Virus record (IMG/VR): IMGVR_UViG_3300031555_005516 | DNA from: a virus | Reading direction: 5' to 3' (one strand) | Length of the DNA stretch: 64,000 nucleotides | Part shown: one piece after another, positions 46,301 to 56,121 of the stretch | How positions within the stretch are numbered: position 1 is the stretch's first letter | How the letters are laid out: each line of letters begins with the position of its first letter | Program-made: the position numbers and the translations under genes | Notes under the pieces: generated by a model | What the model was told of the DNA's origin: nothing | The model's input: the letters and a program-made list of their open reading frames with translations, nothing else | The model's database searches: none

Positions 46301-46373
46301 GATGGGCGTAGGAGTTGCAGCAAGAAAGAAATTTATTCAGGATCACAGTAAGGAGGCTAAGTATGGAGTATAA
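43369..46373 (+). CDS. gyrB: type II topoisomerase B subunit (GyrB-like), split by an intron: exon 1 43369..44886, exon 2 45981..46373
   Basis: exon 1 has GHKL ATPase motifs and ends ...KIIIAADADADG; exon 2 begins AHIRNLFYTFIWNFCPALIENGYVYALVAPLYK (cf. E. coli DADVDGSHIRTLLLTFF...ERGHVYIAQPPLYK); exon 1 ends in T, intron ends in G. Confidence 0.75.
44887..45980 (+). mobile_element. group-I-like intron in gyrB carrying a GIY-YIG homing endonuclease ORF
   Basis: 1094 nt insertion exactly inside the conserved Toprim DxDxDG|HIR motif; exon 1 3' U and intron 3' G; internal HEG 45111..45818. Confidence 0.6.
45111..45818 (+). CDS. intron-encoded GIY-YIG homing endonuclease
   Basis: MIGIYKITKKSNGKCYIGQTNDIKRRFSEHK...YWIAYYKS; 235 aa; no TAG. 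Confidence 0.7.
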   Translation: MIGIYKITKKSNGKCYIGQTNDIKRRFSEHKRGDRTDIPVDVAIGLYGTEAFDFEILEECSLEQLNEREQYWIAYYKSYPNGYNCNPGGEQASVGSLNGNAKLNEEDVMIIRKAYAKHLRQKDVYELFKDKTTFSNFQSVWQGRTWAHIMPEVFTKENKDYYIYENSRGSKGKDAHFTDEEIIAIRTRYINETAKQIYEDYKNRVAYQTFQMILWGRYYDNLPIYKKKEKKWVNI

Positions 46374-48699
46374 TAAAGTTGAATTAACACAAGAGTTATC
46401 AAATAACTGTATTGAGTACGCGGCCGCCGTGAATGAAGACCGCGCGATACCAGATGCTACAAGCGGTTTGAAACCCGTTGCAAGAAGAATTATCTATGGC
46501 GCATATGATTCGGGTAGAAGCTCCAATAAGCCTCATGTTAAGTGTGCAAATATCGTCGGTGATGTAATGGCTAGGTTCCATCCTCATGGAGATAGCTCCA
46601 TCTACGGCGCGCTTGTTCGCCTTGCACAGCCTTGGGAAATGAGATATCCGCTGATTGATTTCCACGGAAACATGGGTAATGTGGGAGGCGACGGCCCGGC
46701 GCATTATCGTTATACTGAGGCGCGCCTTGCTAAGTTTACAGAAGACGGACTATTGCAAGGATTAAAGAAGCGCAATGTGCGTTTTATGCGCAATTATGAT
46801 GAAACAACAGAAGAGCCTATGACTCTTCCTGCATTGTTTCCTAACTTACTTTGCAATCCGAATATGGGTATTGGATGGGCTATTGCTTGTAACTGGGCGC
46901 CACACAACTTAACCGAAGTCGCAGATGCAATTTTCGCATATATGGATGGCGCTGAGCCTATGTTGCCTGGACCTGACTTCCCAACAGGTGGTGTTGTAAT
47001 AAACAAAAATGACATCCCTGCAATAATGAAAACAGGTCACGGAACAGTAAAGGTTCGTGGTAGATATAATATTGAAAAGCAAAATATCGTCTTTTATGAA
47101 ATACCTTATGGAGTTCAAACAGAAGCTCTTCTTGCAGAAATTGGAAAGCTCTGTGATGCAAAAGAACTTGAAGGTATTGAGAATTTAAGAGACGAGAGTA
47201 ATAAGAAGGGTATGAGAATCGTTATCGAATGTGAGAAAGGCGCAAACCCTGACGCTATCGTAAAGCAATTGTTCGCAAAGACCGATCTCCAGTCCTCATT
47301 CTCGTATAACCAAGTCGCGCTTGTGGATAAGACTCCTACAGAGCTTAATTTGAAACAGTGTTGCGAGATTTATGTAAACCATAATCTGCTTTGTATTCAA
47401 AACGAAGCGCAGTTTGATTTGGAAAAGGCACAGGATAGACTTCATATCGTTGAAGGACTTCTTCGTGCATTGGAAGATATCGATAACATTATTGCGCTCA
47501 TTAAGAAATCTGCAAGTGCGACGGCCGCCAAGGATGCGTTAATCGCCACCTATAAGTTCTCCGAAGCACAGGCAAAAGCTATCGTAGATATGAAGCTTGG
47601 TAAGCTCGCTGGACTTGAAAAGGTTGAGTTGAATCAAGAGGCAGAAGAATTGCGCAAAGAAGTTGAGGAATTAAACACTCTCTTCCTTAATGAAACTAAG
47701 CAGCGTGAGGTATTGCGCGAGCGCCTTACTACATTTGTCAAGAAATATGGCGATGCGCGTAGAACCAGTCTTGAACAGATTGAGCTTCCTAAAGCAGAAA
47801 AGGAACTTGAAACTGTAGTGCCTGAAGATTGTGTTGTAATAGCTACGCAAAATGGTGACATTAAGAGAGTGCCTTCAAGTAGCTTTAAATTGCAGAGACG
47901 TAATGGCAAAGGGGTAAAGACAACAGATGACGCAATCCTTGATATGATTTCTACTAACACCGTTGATACCTTGATGTTCTTTACGGATAAGGGTAAGATG
48001 TATCGTCTCTTGGTAGATAAAGTTCCTACTGGAACCAATGCTTCTAAGGGTGGACGTATCGGCGCATTGATAAATCTTGAAGCAGATGAAAAAGTCGTAG
48101 CTATGACATCTCTATATCGCAAGAGCCAAGCAGAATATGTAATCTTTATTACAAAGCAGGGACTCTTTAAGAAGACTAAGTTAGAAGAATACCTTCAAAC
48201 TAAACGCACAACAGGTATTGCCGCAATTAAGTTTAAGGAAGGTGACTCGCTTGCCACTGTTACCTTTGCTAATGAAGAAGATTTTATCATCATTACAAAG
48301 CAGGGAATGAGTATTCGCTTTGAAACGAAAGATATCTCTCCTATTGGGCGCGTAACTTCTGGTGTAAAGAGCATTAAGTTAAATGATGGTGATGAAGTTT
48401 TGACTGGATTGCCTATTAAACACAAGACTGACACTCTTGCAACATTTAGCGCAAATGGCATGGGGCGCAAGACCCCGATTGAAGAATTCCCTGTTCAGGG
48501 CAGGGGTGGTAAAGGTCTAAAGATAGGAAGCGGAGACCTGTCCGGCGCAGCTCTTATCAGTGATGAAGATAACCTTCTCATAGTAGGTTCACCAAACAGT
48601 ATCTGTATATCAGCCACTGAAATTCCGCTTTTAGCGCGCACGGCGCAAGGTAATATAATGATTAAAAATAGCATTATTAAATCAGTAATAAAACTATAA
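46363..48699 (+). CDS. gyrA: type II topoisomerase A subunit (GyrA/ParC-like)
   Basis: start ATG 46363 after RBS aaggagg; IPDATSGLKPVARRIIYGAYD, HPHGDSSIYGALVRLAQPW, catalytic Tyr in AHYRYTEARL. Confidence 0.8.
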   Translation: MEYNKVELTQELSNNCIEYAAAVNEDRAIPDATSGLKPVARRIIYGAYDSGRSSNKPHVKCANIVGDVMARFHPHGDSSIYGALVRLAQPWEMRYPLIDFHGNMGNVGGDGPAHYRYTEARLAKFTEDGLLQGLKKRNVRFMRNYDETTEEPMTLPALFPNLLCNPNMGIGWAIACNWAPHNLTEVADAIFAYMDGAEPMLPGPDFPTGGVVINKNDIPAIMKTGHGTVKVRGRYNIEKQNIVFYEIPYGVQTEALLAEIGKLCDAKELEGIENLRDESNKKGMRIVIECEKGANPDAIVKQLFAKTDLQSSFSYNQVALVDKTPTELNLKQCCEIYVNHNLLCIQNEAQFDLEKAQDRLHIVEGLLRALEDIDNIIALIKKSASATAAKDALIATYKFSEAQAKAIVDMKLGKLAGLEKVELNQEAEELRKEVEELNTLFLNETKQREVLRERLTTFVKKYGDARRTSLEQIELPKAEKELETVVPEDCVVIATQNGDIKRVPSSSFKLQRRNGKGVKTTDDAILDMISTNTVDTLMFFTDKGKMYRLLVDKVPTGTNASKGGRIGALINLEADEKVVAMTSLYRKSQAEYVIFITKQGLFKKTKLEEYLQTKRTTGIAAIKFKEGDSLATVTFANEEDFIIITKQGMSIRFETKDISPIGRVTSGVKSIKLNDGDEVLTGLPIKHKTDTLATFSANGMGRKTPIEEFPVQGRGGKGLKIGSGDLSGAALISDEDNLLIVGSPNSICISATEIPLLARTAQGNIMIKNSIIKSVIKL

Positions 48700-48701
48700 A
48701 C

Positions 48702-48733
48702 AATAAGAGGGTGAATAACCCTCTTATTGATTT
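48702..48733 (+). terminator. rho-independent terminator
   Basis: aataagagggtgaataaccctcttatt + gattttttatt. Confidence 0.6.
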
Positions 48734-48755
48734 TTTATTAAAAATATGTTATAAT
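48727..48755 (+). promoter_or_regulatory. Class II promoter
   Basis: TTGATT 48727-48732, TATAAT 48750-48755. Confidence 0.65.
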
Positions 48756-48785
48756 ATATTATAAGAATAAAAGGAGAAATAAAAA

Positions 48786-49325
48786 ATGGTTGAGTATATT
48801 GTAAATTATGATTGTGAGCGAATTGGAGTATTTGATGCACTTCTTGAAAATTTTAGAGAATATGATGATTTTAGAGGATGTGGAATAACAAAAATTTGCT
48901 TACCCAAAGGTTTTGATTTTAATAAATTAAAAACAACATACTTTTTTGGATATCCTGTTGAATTAGATGAAAAACTCAATCGAGGACAATTTTCAATTAT
49001 TATGGAAACTTTTCCAAAGAAAGAAACAGAACAGCCTCAAAATAATACAGATATGGTTTATATAGTAAGAGTTAAACCAGAGTTCCAAATTAACTTTAAA
49101 AATACTACTATTAATCATAAGTTTGCAGGAAAAATATTGGCTCAAATCAGAGATGCTTATGTTTTTGAGCTAAACGGGATCTATGGCGCAACAGTTATTA
49201 TTCCGTTTGATTGGATTGAATGTATGGCGCCAAGCAAAAGGCATTTTGAATTAATGCAGAAAAAAGATTTACCATCTTGGATTAAGGAAAATTTGAATTT
49301 AGGTTGGGGAATAGAGGAGAAATAA
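48786..49325 (+). CDS. hypothetical protein
   Basis: 179 aa. Confidence 0.45.
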   Translation: MVEYIVNYDCERIGVFDALLENFREYDDFRGCGITKICLPKGFDFNKLKTTYFFGYPVELDEKLNRGQFSIIMETFPKKETEQPQNNTDMVYIVRVKPEFQINFKNTTINHKFAGKILAQIRDAYVFELNGIYGATVIIPFDWIECMAPSKRHFELMQKKDLPSWIKENLNLGWGIEEK

Positions 49326-49326
49326 T

Positions 49327-49569
49327 ATGCACAGTAAACATAATGAAGATTATACTATTCATTATAATGGAGATTTTAGTCAAGTGTTATGTGTGAATAA
49401 TAGAACAAATACGACAAGAGAAATTCCGCCTGCTTTATTTGCATTGCTATATGCCACAATAGCAGAGAATATTAAAGACAAACAAGATGATTTGTTCAGC
49501 GATTTAATTTGGGAGCAAGAAAAAATGGGCGCAAGAAATCAAAGTTATTGGGAGGAAGAAAATGAGTAA
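49327..49569 (+). CDS. hypothetical protein
   Basis: 80 aa. Confidence 0.4.
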   Translation: MHSKHNEDYTIHYNGDFSQVLCVNNRTNTTREIPPALFALLYATIAENIKDKQDDLFSDLIWEQEKMGARNQSYWEEENE

Positions 49570-51559
49570 TCTTAAAGAAAGAATGATTTTCCTTGTTGAT
49601 TATCTAAATAAATATCAGGATTTATATGATAAAGGTATGCCTGCAATTTCAGACTCTGCTTGGGATGAAGCATATCTTGAACTTAAAGAACTTGAAATTG
49701 CTATAGGAGAAGTGCTTCCAAACTCTCCAACTCAAAAGATAAGATATACAGTTGTAAGCGAGCTTAAAAAGGTAAAGCACGATGAAGACTTCCCTATGCT
49801 CTCTCTTGATAAAACAAAAGAGATTTCTGATATCGAAAATAAATTCGAAAATAAGCAATGGATTGCAATGGCTAAATGTGACGGTCTATCGTGTCGTCTT
49901 ATCTATCAGGATGGACGCTTAATTCAAGCAGCGACAAGAGGCAATGGTGAGGTAGGCGAAGATATCACGCACAATGCTAAGGTTGTGAAAAATATACCTA
50001 AGTGGATTCCACATGATGGCAGACTTGTAGTTGATGGAGAAATAGTCTGTTTGGCGCAAGACTTTGCACCTTTTGCAGAAGAATATGCTAACTCAAGAAA
50101 TTTTGCATCAGGCAGTATTAGATTGCTTGATGCGGCGGAGTCCGCCAAAAGAAATTTAAGCTTTATTGCATGGGACTGTATTTATGACGACGAAAGCGAA
50201 ACTATCGAGCTTCACCAACAGCTTGAGAATTTGGCTCTTTATGGGTTTACTATTGTTGATTATGTTAATGGCCCTAATGACTGGGAGTTAATCATCAAAG
50301 GAATTCAGTTAAATGCTCAAAATGAAGGCGTTCCCATTGATGGGGTTGTCTTTAAGCTAAACAATAAGAGCGAATATTATGCAGCTGGCATTACCGCACA
50401 TCATCCGAAAGCAGCGATTGCATTCAAATTTTATGATGAAGAATATGAAACTGAGCTATTAGATATTGAATGGAGCATGGGCAAAACAGGAGTGCTTAGT
50501 CCAGTTGCTATTTATCGAGAAATAGAAATGGAAAATACTATGTGCTCAAGGGCAAGTCTTCATAATATCAACACTTTAGTCGAGATTCTTGGTGAATATC
50601 CCTATGTAGGACAAAAGATAAAAACATATAAGGCGTTAATGATAAATCCTCAAGTAAGTTGGGGGCAAAAAGCTGAGGAAATATTGGGCGCGGATCCGGG
50701 TTATTATCTTAATGATTCAGAAATTAAATTCTTATTCCCGCCTAAGATATGCCCAATTTGCGGCGCGCCAACAGAAATCAGAGAGAGTGATAGTGGAACT
50801 GTTGAGCTGTATTGTTCAAGCGATACTTGCGAAGGAAAATTAATAAATCGTTTGGAGCATTTTTGTTCTAAGAAAGGTCTTGATATTAAAGGCTTATCTA
50901 AAGCGACTTTAGAGAAACTTATTGACTGGGGTTGGGTAACAAGAATAATGGATCTATTCTATTTGCATCAGCGTAGAAGAGAATGGATTGAAAAACCTGG
51001 ATTTGGAATCAAGAGTGTAGATAAAGTATTAGATGCTATTGAAACTGCGCGCCATACGACCCTTGAGAAGTATTTGAGTGCCATCAGTATTCCACTTATT
51101 GGTAAAACTTATGCGCGTCAGTTAGCGCAGACTTATGATGATTATGATATCTTTAGATTAACAATGCGTAGCGGAGCGGATTTTACGGAGCTTGATGGTT
51201 TTGGCCCAGCAATGCATGATGCTATTGTTAATTTTGATTATACAGAAGCTGATATGATGTATGACAGAGGTTTTATAGTGATTGAAGATGGACCTGGAAT
51301 AAGCGCACTGGAAAATTCTGGAAATGCGCTCGAAGGTAAAACTTTCTGCGTCACAGGTCGAGTTCACATCTGGAAGAATCGAGATGAACTTTCGGCAGCA
51401 GTAACCGCCGCAGGTGGCAAGGTAACATCATCAGTATCTTCAAAAACTGACTACCTTGTTAACAATGACATAAATTCTACTTCAAGTAAAAACCAAAAAG
51501 CAAAAGAACTAAATATACCAATAATTACAGAACAGGAGCTTTTAGATATGTTAAATTGA
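49562..51559 (+). CDS. ligA: NAD-dependent DNA ligase (LigA)
   Basis: 665 aa; adenylation motif KCDGLSCRL (KxDG), Cys4 zinc finger CPICGAPTEI...CSSDTC, C-terminal BRCT-like domain GKTFCVTGRV...GGKVTSSVSSKTDYLV. Confidence 0.85.
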   Translation: MSNLKERMIFLVDYLNKYQDLYDKGMPAISDSAWDEAYLELKELEIAIGEVLPNSPTQKIRYTVVSELKKVKHDEDFPMLSLDKTKEISDIENKFENKQWIAMAKCDGLSCRLIYQDGRLIQAATRGNGEVGEDITHNAKVVKNIPKWIPHDGRLVVDGEIVCLAQDFAPFAEEYANSRNFASGSIRLLDAAESAKRNLSFIAWDCIYDDESETIELHQQLENLALYGFTIVDYVNGPNDWELIIKGIQLNAQNEGVPIDGVVFKLNNKSEYYAAGITAHHPKAAIAFKFYDEEYETELLDIEWSMGKTGVLSPVAIYREIEMENTMCSRASLHNINTLVEILGEYPYVGQKIKTYKALMINPQVSWGQKAEEILGADPGYYLNDSEIKFLFPPKICPICGAPTEIRESDSGTVELYCSSDTCEGKLINRLEHFCSKKGLDIKGLSKATLEKLIDWGWVTRIMDLFYLHQRRREWIEKPGFGIKSVDKVLDAIETARHTTLEKYLSAISIPLIGKTYARQLAQTYDDYDIFRLTMRSGADFTELDGFGPAMHDAIVNFDYTEADMMYDRGFIVIEDGPGISALENSGNALEGKTFCVTGRVHIWKNRDELSAAVTAAGGKVTSSVSSKTDYLVNNDINSTSSKNQKAKELNIPIITEQELLDMLN

Positions 51560-51584
51560 CATATTTAAAAAAATAATATATAAT

Positions 51585-51857
51585 ATGACTATGAATAGAG
51601 AAGAGCGCAGAGCGCTCAAAAAGAAAATCGCACCTAAGGCTAAAGAGGTTGCCGCACTTGAAATCATGGCTCGAGATCCAGAAAAAAAAGATGAGTGCGA
51701 AGAAAAAATAAGCGCCATCATAGAATCTATGACCTTAATGGAGATGATGGCATTGGAAGATTATATTATGTCAAAGGGACTCTTAGAAGATAACTTTGTC
51801 AGAAATAAAAATAAAAATTCAACAGAGAAAAAAGGAGAACAAAATTATGGCACTTAA
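51585..51857 (+). CDS. hypothetical protein
   Basis: 90 aa. Confidence 0.35.
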   Translation: MTMNREERRALKKKIAPKAKEVAALEIMARDPEKKDECEEKISAIIESMTLMEMMALEDYIMSKGLLEDNFVRNKNKNSTEKKGEQNYGT

Positions 51858-52116
51858 GCCCAACTCAATTGCAGTATTTAACTATGTAAAAGAAAATGAT
51901 GGAGCAGATTTTACTGCCTAGGATATCGCAGAAGCTCTTAATCTTGAAGTAAAGAGTGTTAACGGTATTGTAACAAGTGCATTTCAAAAGAAAGGTCTTA
52001 TGGTTCGTGAAGAGGCCGAGGTCGAACTTGCAGATAACACACATAAGAAGGTAAAATTTATTCGTCTTACCGATGCAGGTCGTGACTTTGATCCAGAGGC
52101 ACCTGAGAGCAAGTAA
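51847..52116 (+). CDS. small protein with one in-frame TAG; fourth member of the MA(x)KK...KKVxFxRL paralogous family
   Basis: MALKPNSIAVFNYVKENDGADFTA-TAG-DIAEALNLE...HKKVKFIRLTDAG; absent from ORF track. Confidence 0.45.
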
Positions 52117-52167
52117 TAAGGAAGGATAGGGGTAATTTCTTAAATTACCCCTTAAATTGTAAAAGCT

Positions 52168-52392
52168 ATGGAATACGAATTACATTTATATATAAGTTTA
52201 CAGCCTTCTGATAAAGCAGAGTTCATTACTGATTTACCAAAAATGCCTCCAGAAACTCCTTGGTGGGGACAAGGAGCGGTATTAACAGAAGAGGAATATA
52301 CAAAATACTTTCCAGATGGATATCAAACCGGAGAAGGAATATTTAATCTTTTAAAAGATTTATATAATACAAAGGAGTCTACTTTTGTATGA
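52168..52392 (+). CDS. hypothetical protein
   Basis: 74 aa. Confidence 0.4.
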   Translation: MEYELHLYISLQPSDKAEFITDLPKMPPETPWWGQGAVLTEEEYTKYFPDGYQTGEGIFNLLKDLYNTKESTFV

Positions 52393-53585
52393 TAATAATA
52401 TGCGTAATATCAATTCTTCTTGGAGCGGGAGGTCTTGCTTATGGTATATGGACTAAAACCACGTCCGTAAAAGCTAATCACTATACGGCAGAGGAGAATT
52501 AGAAGCTGGAAGAACTTAATTAGTCATTACATGCAACTCGCAAAAGTTTAGAAGCTCAAAATGACTTATTGATAAAATCTAACAATGAAATTTCTCAAAA
52601 GTATGAAGAGAACTGCAAAAAAACAAAAAACTCTTACGACAAATTAAATCAACTAACTCAATAGAAGTTATTATTAATAGATGAAATTCAAAGTAAACAA
52701 ATTGAAAAAGCAGGAGTTGAGGCGCAAATCACCGCTTTAAGCAGCTCTGTAGAGACAATGTTAGGCGACCTAAAAGCTGCAGCCCGCGCATCGTTTGAGC
52801 AATACTGTGATACTCTTGATTATGAATACAAATAGAAAGAACAAGAGTTTGATATGGAGATAGATACTCTTGATCAATTATACTTTGATAGACTCCAAGA
52901 ACTTGATGCAAGAGAAAAAGGATTAATTGAAGAGCGCAGACAAGATATTGATGCTCTTGTATAGTTATTTTATGATAAGCAACAGTCAATGTCTAAAGAA
53001 TTGCAAGAAGAAGAGGCGGCAATGCGCGCCGATCTAGACTCAATCCGTAAAGAACTAGAAAAAATTCGTGCAACTAGGGCCGCCGCAATGGAAGCTCAAC
53101 TGCGCGAAGAAGAGATTAAAAACCAAGCAACATTCTATACTCTTCAACTTAATGAAGCAGATAAGCGTGACGTGGCATATCTTCAAAGTATCGAATATAA
53201 CTTGCGCGAACCAAGACCTCTACGCATGCTTATATGGTCTACGTTCTATAGAGATAAAGTCAATGACCTTGCGGCGCGCGTAGGTGCGGTGGGCGCAAGT
53301 GGAATATATAAAATAACTCACATTGACTCTGGTATATCCTATATCGGTCAGGCTAAAGATATTAAAGAGCGTTGGGTAACGCATGTTAAATGTAGTTTGG
53401 GTATCGATACCCCTGTAACAAGTCAACTCTATGCTTTTACAAGAGAAAAGGGTATTGACAACTTCACTTTTGAGATATTAGAGAAATGTAGTATTAATGA
53501 ATTAAATGAAAAGGAGAAGTTTTATATTGACCTATATCAAACATATGATTTTGGACTGAATAAAACTCGTGGGAATAACTAAATG
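52389..53585 (+). CDS. membrane-anchored coiled-coil protein with C-terminal GIY-YIG nuclease domain; 5 in-frame TAG codons
   Basis: ATG 52389 (ATGA overlap), N-terminal TM IIICVISILLGAGGLAYGIW, coiled coil with 5 TAG at Gln-compatible heptad positions, runs in frame into ORF 52989..53582 whose C-terminus GIYKITHIDSGISYIGQAKDIKERWVTHVK is a GIY-YIG motif. Confidence 0.5.
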
Positions 53586-53840
53586 TATATTAAACTAGAA
53601 TGGACAGATGAAATTGGTGATATTGAAGAAAAAGAATTTTGGTCATGGAATGAGTGTTTTAGCTTTGTCGCTGAAATATTAGTGAGGATAAACAATGAAA
53701 GTAACAAGAATTGAAATCTCTCTTGAATGGGAGGAGAGTGGCGAATTTGAACATGAAGGTTATTTTGACTCTATTGATGTTGCAATTCGTTATTTAAAGA
53801 AACTTAAAAAAGAAATAAAAGAAGAAAATATGGAGGATGA

Positions 53841-54416
53841 GTGGGAATGAATGTAGTAAATAATGTTAAAGTTTATGGACTTGAAGAATCAATTAAGCGC
53901 GCAAAATATCCAATGTCTGTTGATCCTTGGTCACTCGATTCTAATCTAACACAAGGTATTAAGAACTTGGCAAAAAGCGATATTGGTTCTGGGCATGATC
54001 AATTTTTAACTGGTATTATAGTTCAGTTTGATTTAACCTTTACTATTAAAGCTTGGACCGAAGCAGAAAGATATCATTTTTTTGATTTTGTATCCAGTCA
54101 ATCAACAATGCATCGTATTACAAAAATGGATTTGGATAATGCTTATAATGGGCATGTGGATCCTCGTATTATTAAAATTATGAAAGAAAAAGTAGCTGCT
54201 TACAATGAATGCGAGGATGAAAAAATTAAAGCTATTAGATATCTTGATGTTCTTTATTCAAATCCTTGCGGGATGAAACTTACAGCTGGTATGACAACCA
54301 ACTATCGTCAACTTAAAACTATTTATGCACAACGTAAAACACATAGATTGCCTGAATGGCGCGCTTTTTGCCAGTGGATTGAAACACTCCCAATGAGTGA
54401 ATTAATAACTGGTTAA
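53841..54416 (+). CDS. hypothetical protein (weak resemblance to flavin-dependent thymidylate synthase ThyX core; unconfirmed)
   Basis: 191 aa; SGHDQF...FTIKAW...SSQSTMHRI loosely similar to ThyX HGHESPFEH...FTFRI...SYSQQSQRY. Confidence 0.3.
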   Translation: MGMNVVNNVKVYGLEESIKRAKYPMSVDPWSLDSNLTQGIKNLAKSDIGSGHDQFLTGIIVQFDLTFTIKAWTEAERYHFFDFVSSQSTMHRITKMDLDNAYNGHVDPRIIKIMKEKVAAYNECEDEKIKAIRYLDVLYSNPCGMKLTAGMTTNYRQLKTIYAQRKTHRLPEWRAFCQWIETLPMSELITG

Positions 54417-54427
54417 TAGTTAATTTA

Positions 54428-54456
54428 TTGACTTTTTATACAATTTTAATTATAAT
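54428..54456 (+). promoter_or_regulatory. promoter (TTGACT-N17-TATAAT)
   Basis: TTGACT 54428-54433, TATAAT 54451-54456. Confidence 0.6.
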
Positions 54457-54505
54457 ATTTATATAAAATAAATGAAATAAATAGAAATGGAGATAAATTA
54501 ATTAA

Positions 54506-54889
54506 ATGACAAACAAAGAAGTATTTATTAAGGAAGTTGAGGATATGATTTGCAAGAGCTGTACTATCCTTTCAGCGGACGCCCGCGCCTACTTTGAGCA
54601 ACTTAAGGCAATTCCAGAAAAGGAGAAGGCTCCTTTCACAGAAAACGGCGCAAAGGTTCTTATCTGGATGCAGGAGAATTATGTATCTTATAATAATATC
54701 CTCAAGGCAAAAGAAATAGGAGATGGACTCTTCTGTTCTTCGCGCACTGTGTCTGGCGCCATGAGAAAACTTATTACCGACGGTTATGTAAGCAAGACAG
54801 AAGGAACCCCTACTTGTTATTCACTTACCGAACTTGGTATGAGCGTAACAGTAGTAATACCTGAAAAGAAAACCAAGGATGAAGAATAA
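54506..54889 (+). CDS. hypothetical protein (possible winged-helix)
   Basis: 127 aa. Confidence 0.4.
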   Translation: MTNKEVFIKEVEDMICKSCTILSADARAYFEQLKAIPEKEKAPFTENGAKVLIWMQENYVSYNNILKAKEIGDGLFCSSRTVSGAMRKLITDGYVSKTEGTPTCYSLTELGMSVTVVIPEKKTKDEE

Positions 54890-55047
54890 TGACCTGGGCA
54901 GAGCAAATGACTTTCAATTATGCTTTAGGCATGCTTAAAAAACACGGAATTACCATTTACAATTCAGATGGAAGCGTTCGTCCTGCTGATGAAGTTTTAT
55001 ATAAACTTGTTCAGCTTTATATTGCTGGCGATATTAATCTAAACAAC

Positions 55048-55076
55048 TTGACAAAGTAAAAAATTTTTGTTATAAT
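55048..55076 (+). promoter_or_regulatory. promoter (TTGACA-N17-TATAAT)
   Basis: TTGACA 55048-55053, TATAAT 55071-55076. Confidence 0.6.
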
Positions 55077-55139
55077 AATAAAGATATTGGACAAAAATAT
55101 TAAATAAGTAAAATAATTAAATTAAAAAAGGAGAAAGAA

Positions 55140-56105
55140 ATGAAGTACACAAAGAATTCAATTACAATTCAAGGAAGAGTTTACAGTTTTGGAGAAGCAA
55201 ATGGAAGAAATATGCTTGAGATTAAGACTGTAAAGAATGAGAAGTCTGAGAACTTCGGTAAGGAGTTTATTGCAGGAACCATCCAGGTAGCAGTAGATGA
55301 GGCAGGTCTTAATGTAATTCCTGTTCACTATACTTTTGTAAGTCCTACTACTAAAGCTGGCGGAACCAATAATACCTTTACTGCTCTTAAGGCACTTATC
55401 GATGGTGGCAAGACCTGGGTAAAGGATGGCAAGGATGCTGCGCCTATGGTTAAGCTTGAGCCTTCTTTTGCACTTAATGATTTCTATATCAATGAGAATG
55501 GCGAAGATAAACTCGTATCTCAGGTAATGCATGAAGGTGGTTTTGCAACAATAGTAAATACTCTTCCTGAAAACGAGGCAGAAAGAACTTATTTCCGTTG
55601 TGATATGGTTATCACAAATGTAACTCATGTAGAAGCAGATGAAGAGAAGAATGTTGACGAGCATGTTGCTATTCGTGGTGCGGTATTTAATTTCCGCAAA
55701 GAGCTTCTTCCTCTTACTTTCACAGTTAAGAATCCTAATGGTATGAACTATTTTGAAGGACTTGGCGCCTCTGGCAGTGAACCTGTTTACACTTGGGTTG
55801 AAGGTGTTATTAATTGCAACACTGTAAAAACTGAGGTTAAGGAAGAGACTGCATTTGGTGGTGACTCTGTCAGAACCTTTGAGCGTAAGACTAAGGAGTG
55901 GCTTGTAACTCGTGCGTCACAGAATCCTTATGATTTTGGTGAAGAAGGCATCCTTACGGGCGAAGAGCTTACTAAGGCTATGCAGGATAGACAGGTTAAG
56001 CTTGCTGAGGAAAAGAAGAGAAGCGAAGAGTATAAGGCACAGAAGAATAATCCTGTAGCAGCGCCCGCCGCTCCTCAAGCAAAAGCTGGTGGCTTTAATT
56101 TCTGA
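55140..56105 (+). CDS. hypothetical protein at head of replication/recombination module (possible ssDNA-binding/annealing partner of Sak4-like ATPase)
   Basis: 321 aa; position immediately upstream of the AAA_24/Sak4-like gene. Confidence 0.4.
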   Translation: MKYTKNSITIQGRVYSFGEANGRNMLEIKTVKNEKSENFGKEFIAGTIQVAVDEAGLNVIPVHYTFVSPTTKAGGTNNTFTALKALIDGGKTWVKDGKDAAPMVKLEPSFALNDFYINENGEDKLVSQVMHEGGFATIVNTLPENEAERTYFRCDMVITNVTHVEADEEKNVDEHVAIRGAVFNFRKELLPLTFTVKNPNGMNYFEGLGASGSEPVYTWVEGVINCNTVKTEVKEETAFGGDSVRTFERKTKEWLVTRASQNPYDFGEEGILTGEELTKAMQDRQVKLAEEKKRSEEYKAQKNNPVAAPAAPQAKAGGFNF

Positions 56106-56121
56106 TAGGAGGGCGATCTAA

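Noticed and set aside
46315-46362. ORF-track start of the gyrA-like gene at 46315 (MQQERNLF...)
   Set aside because: That N-terminal extension is the alternative frame of the gyrB exon 2 3' end. The ATG at 46363 has a perfect RBS (aaggagg) and begins the conserved GyrA N-terminus.
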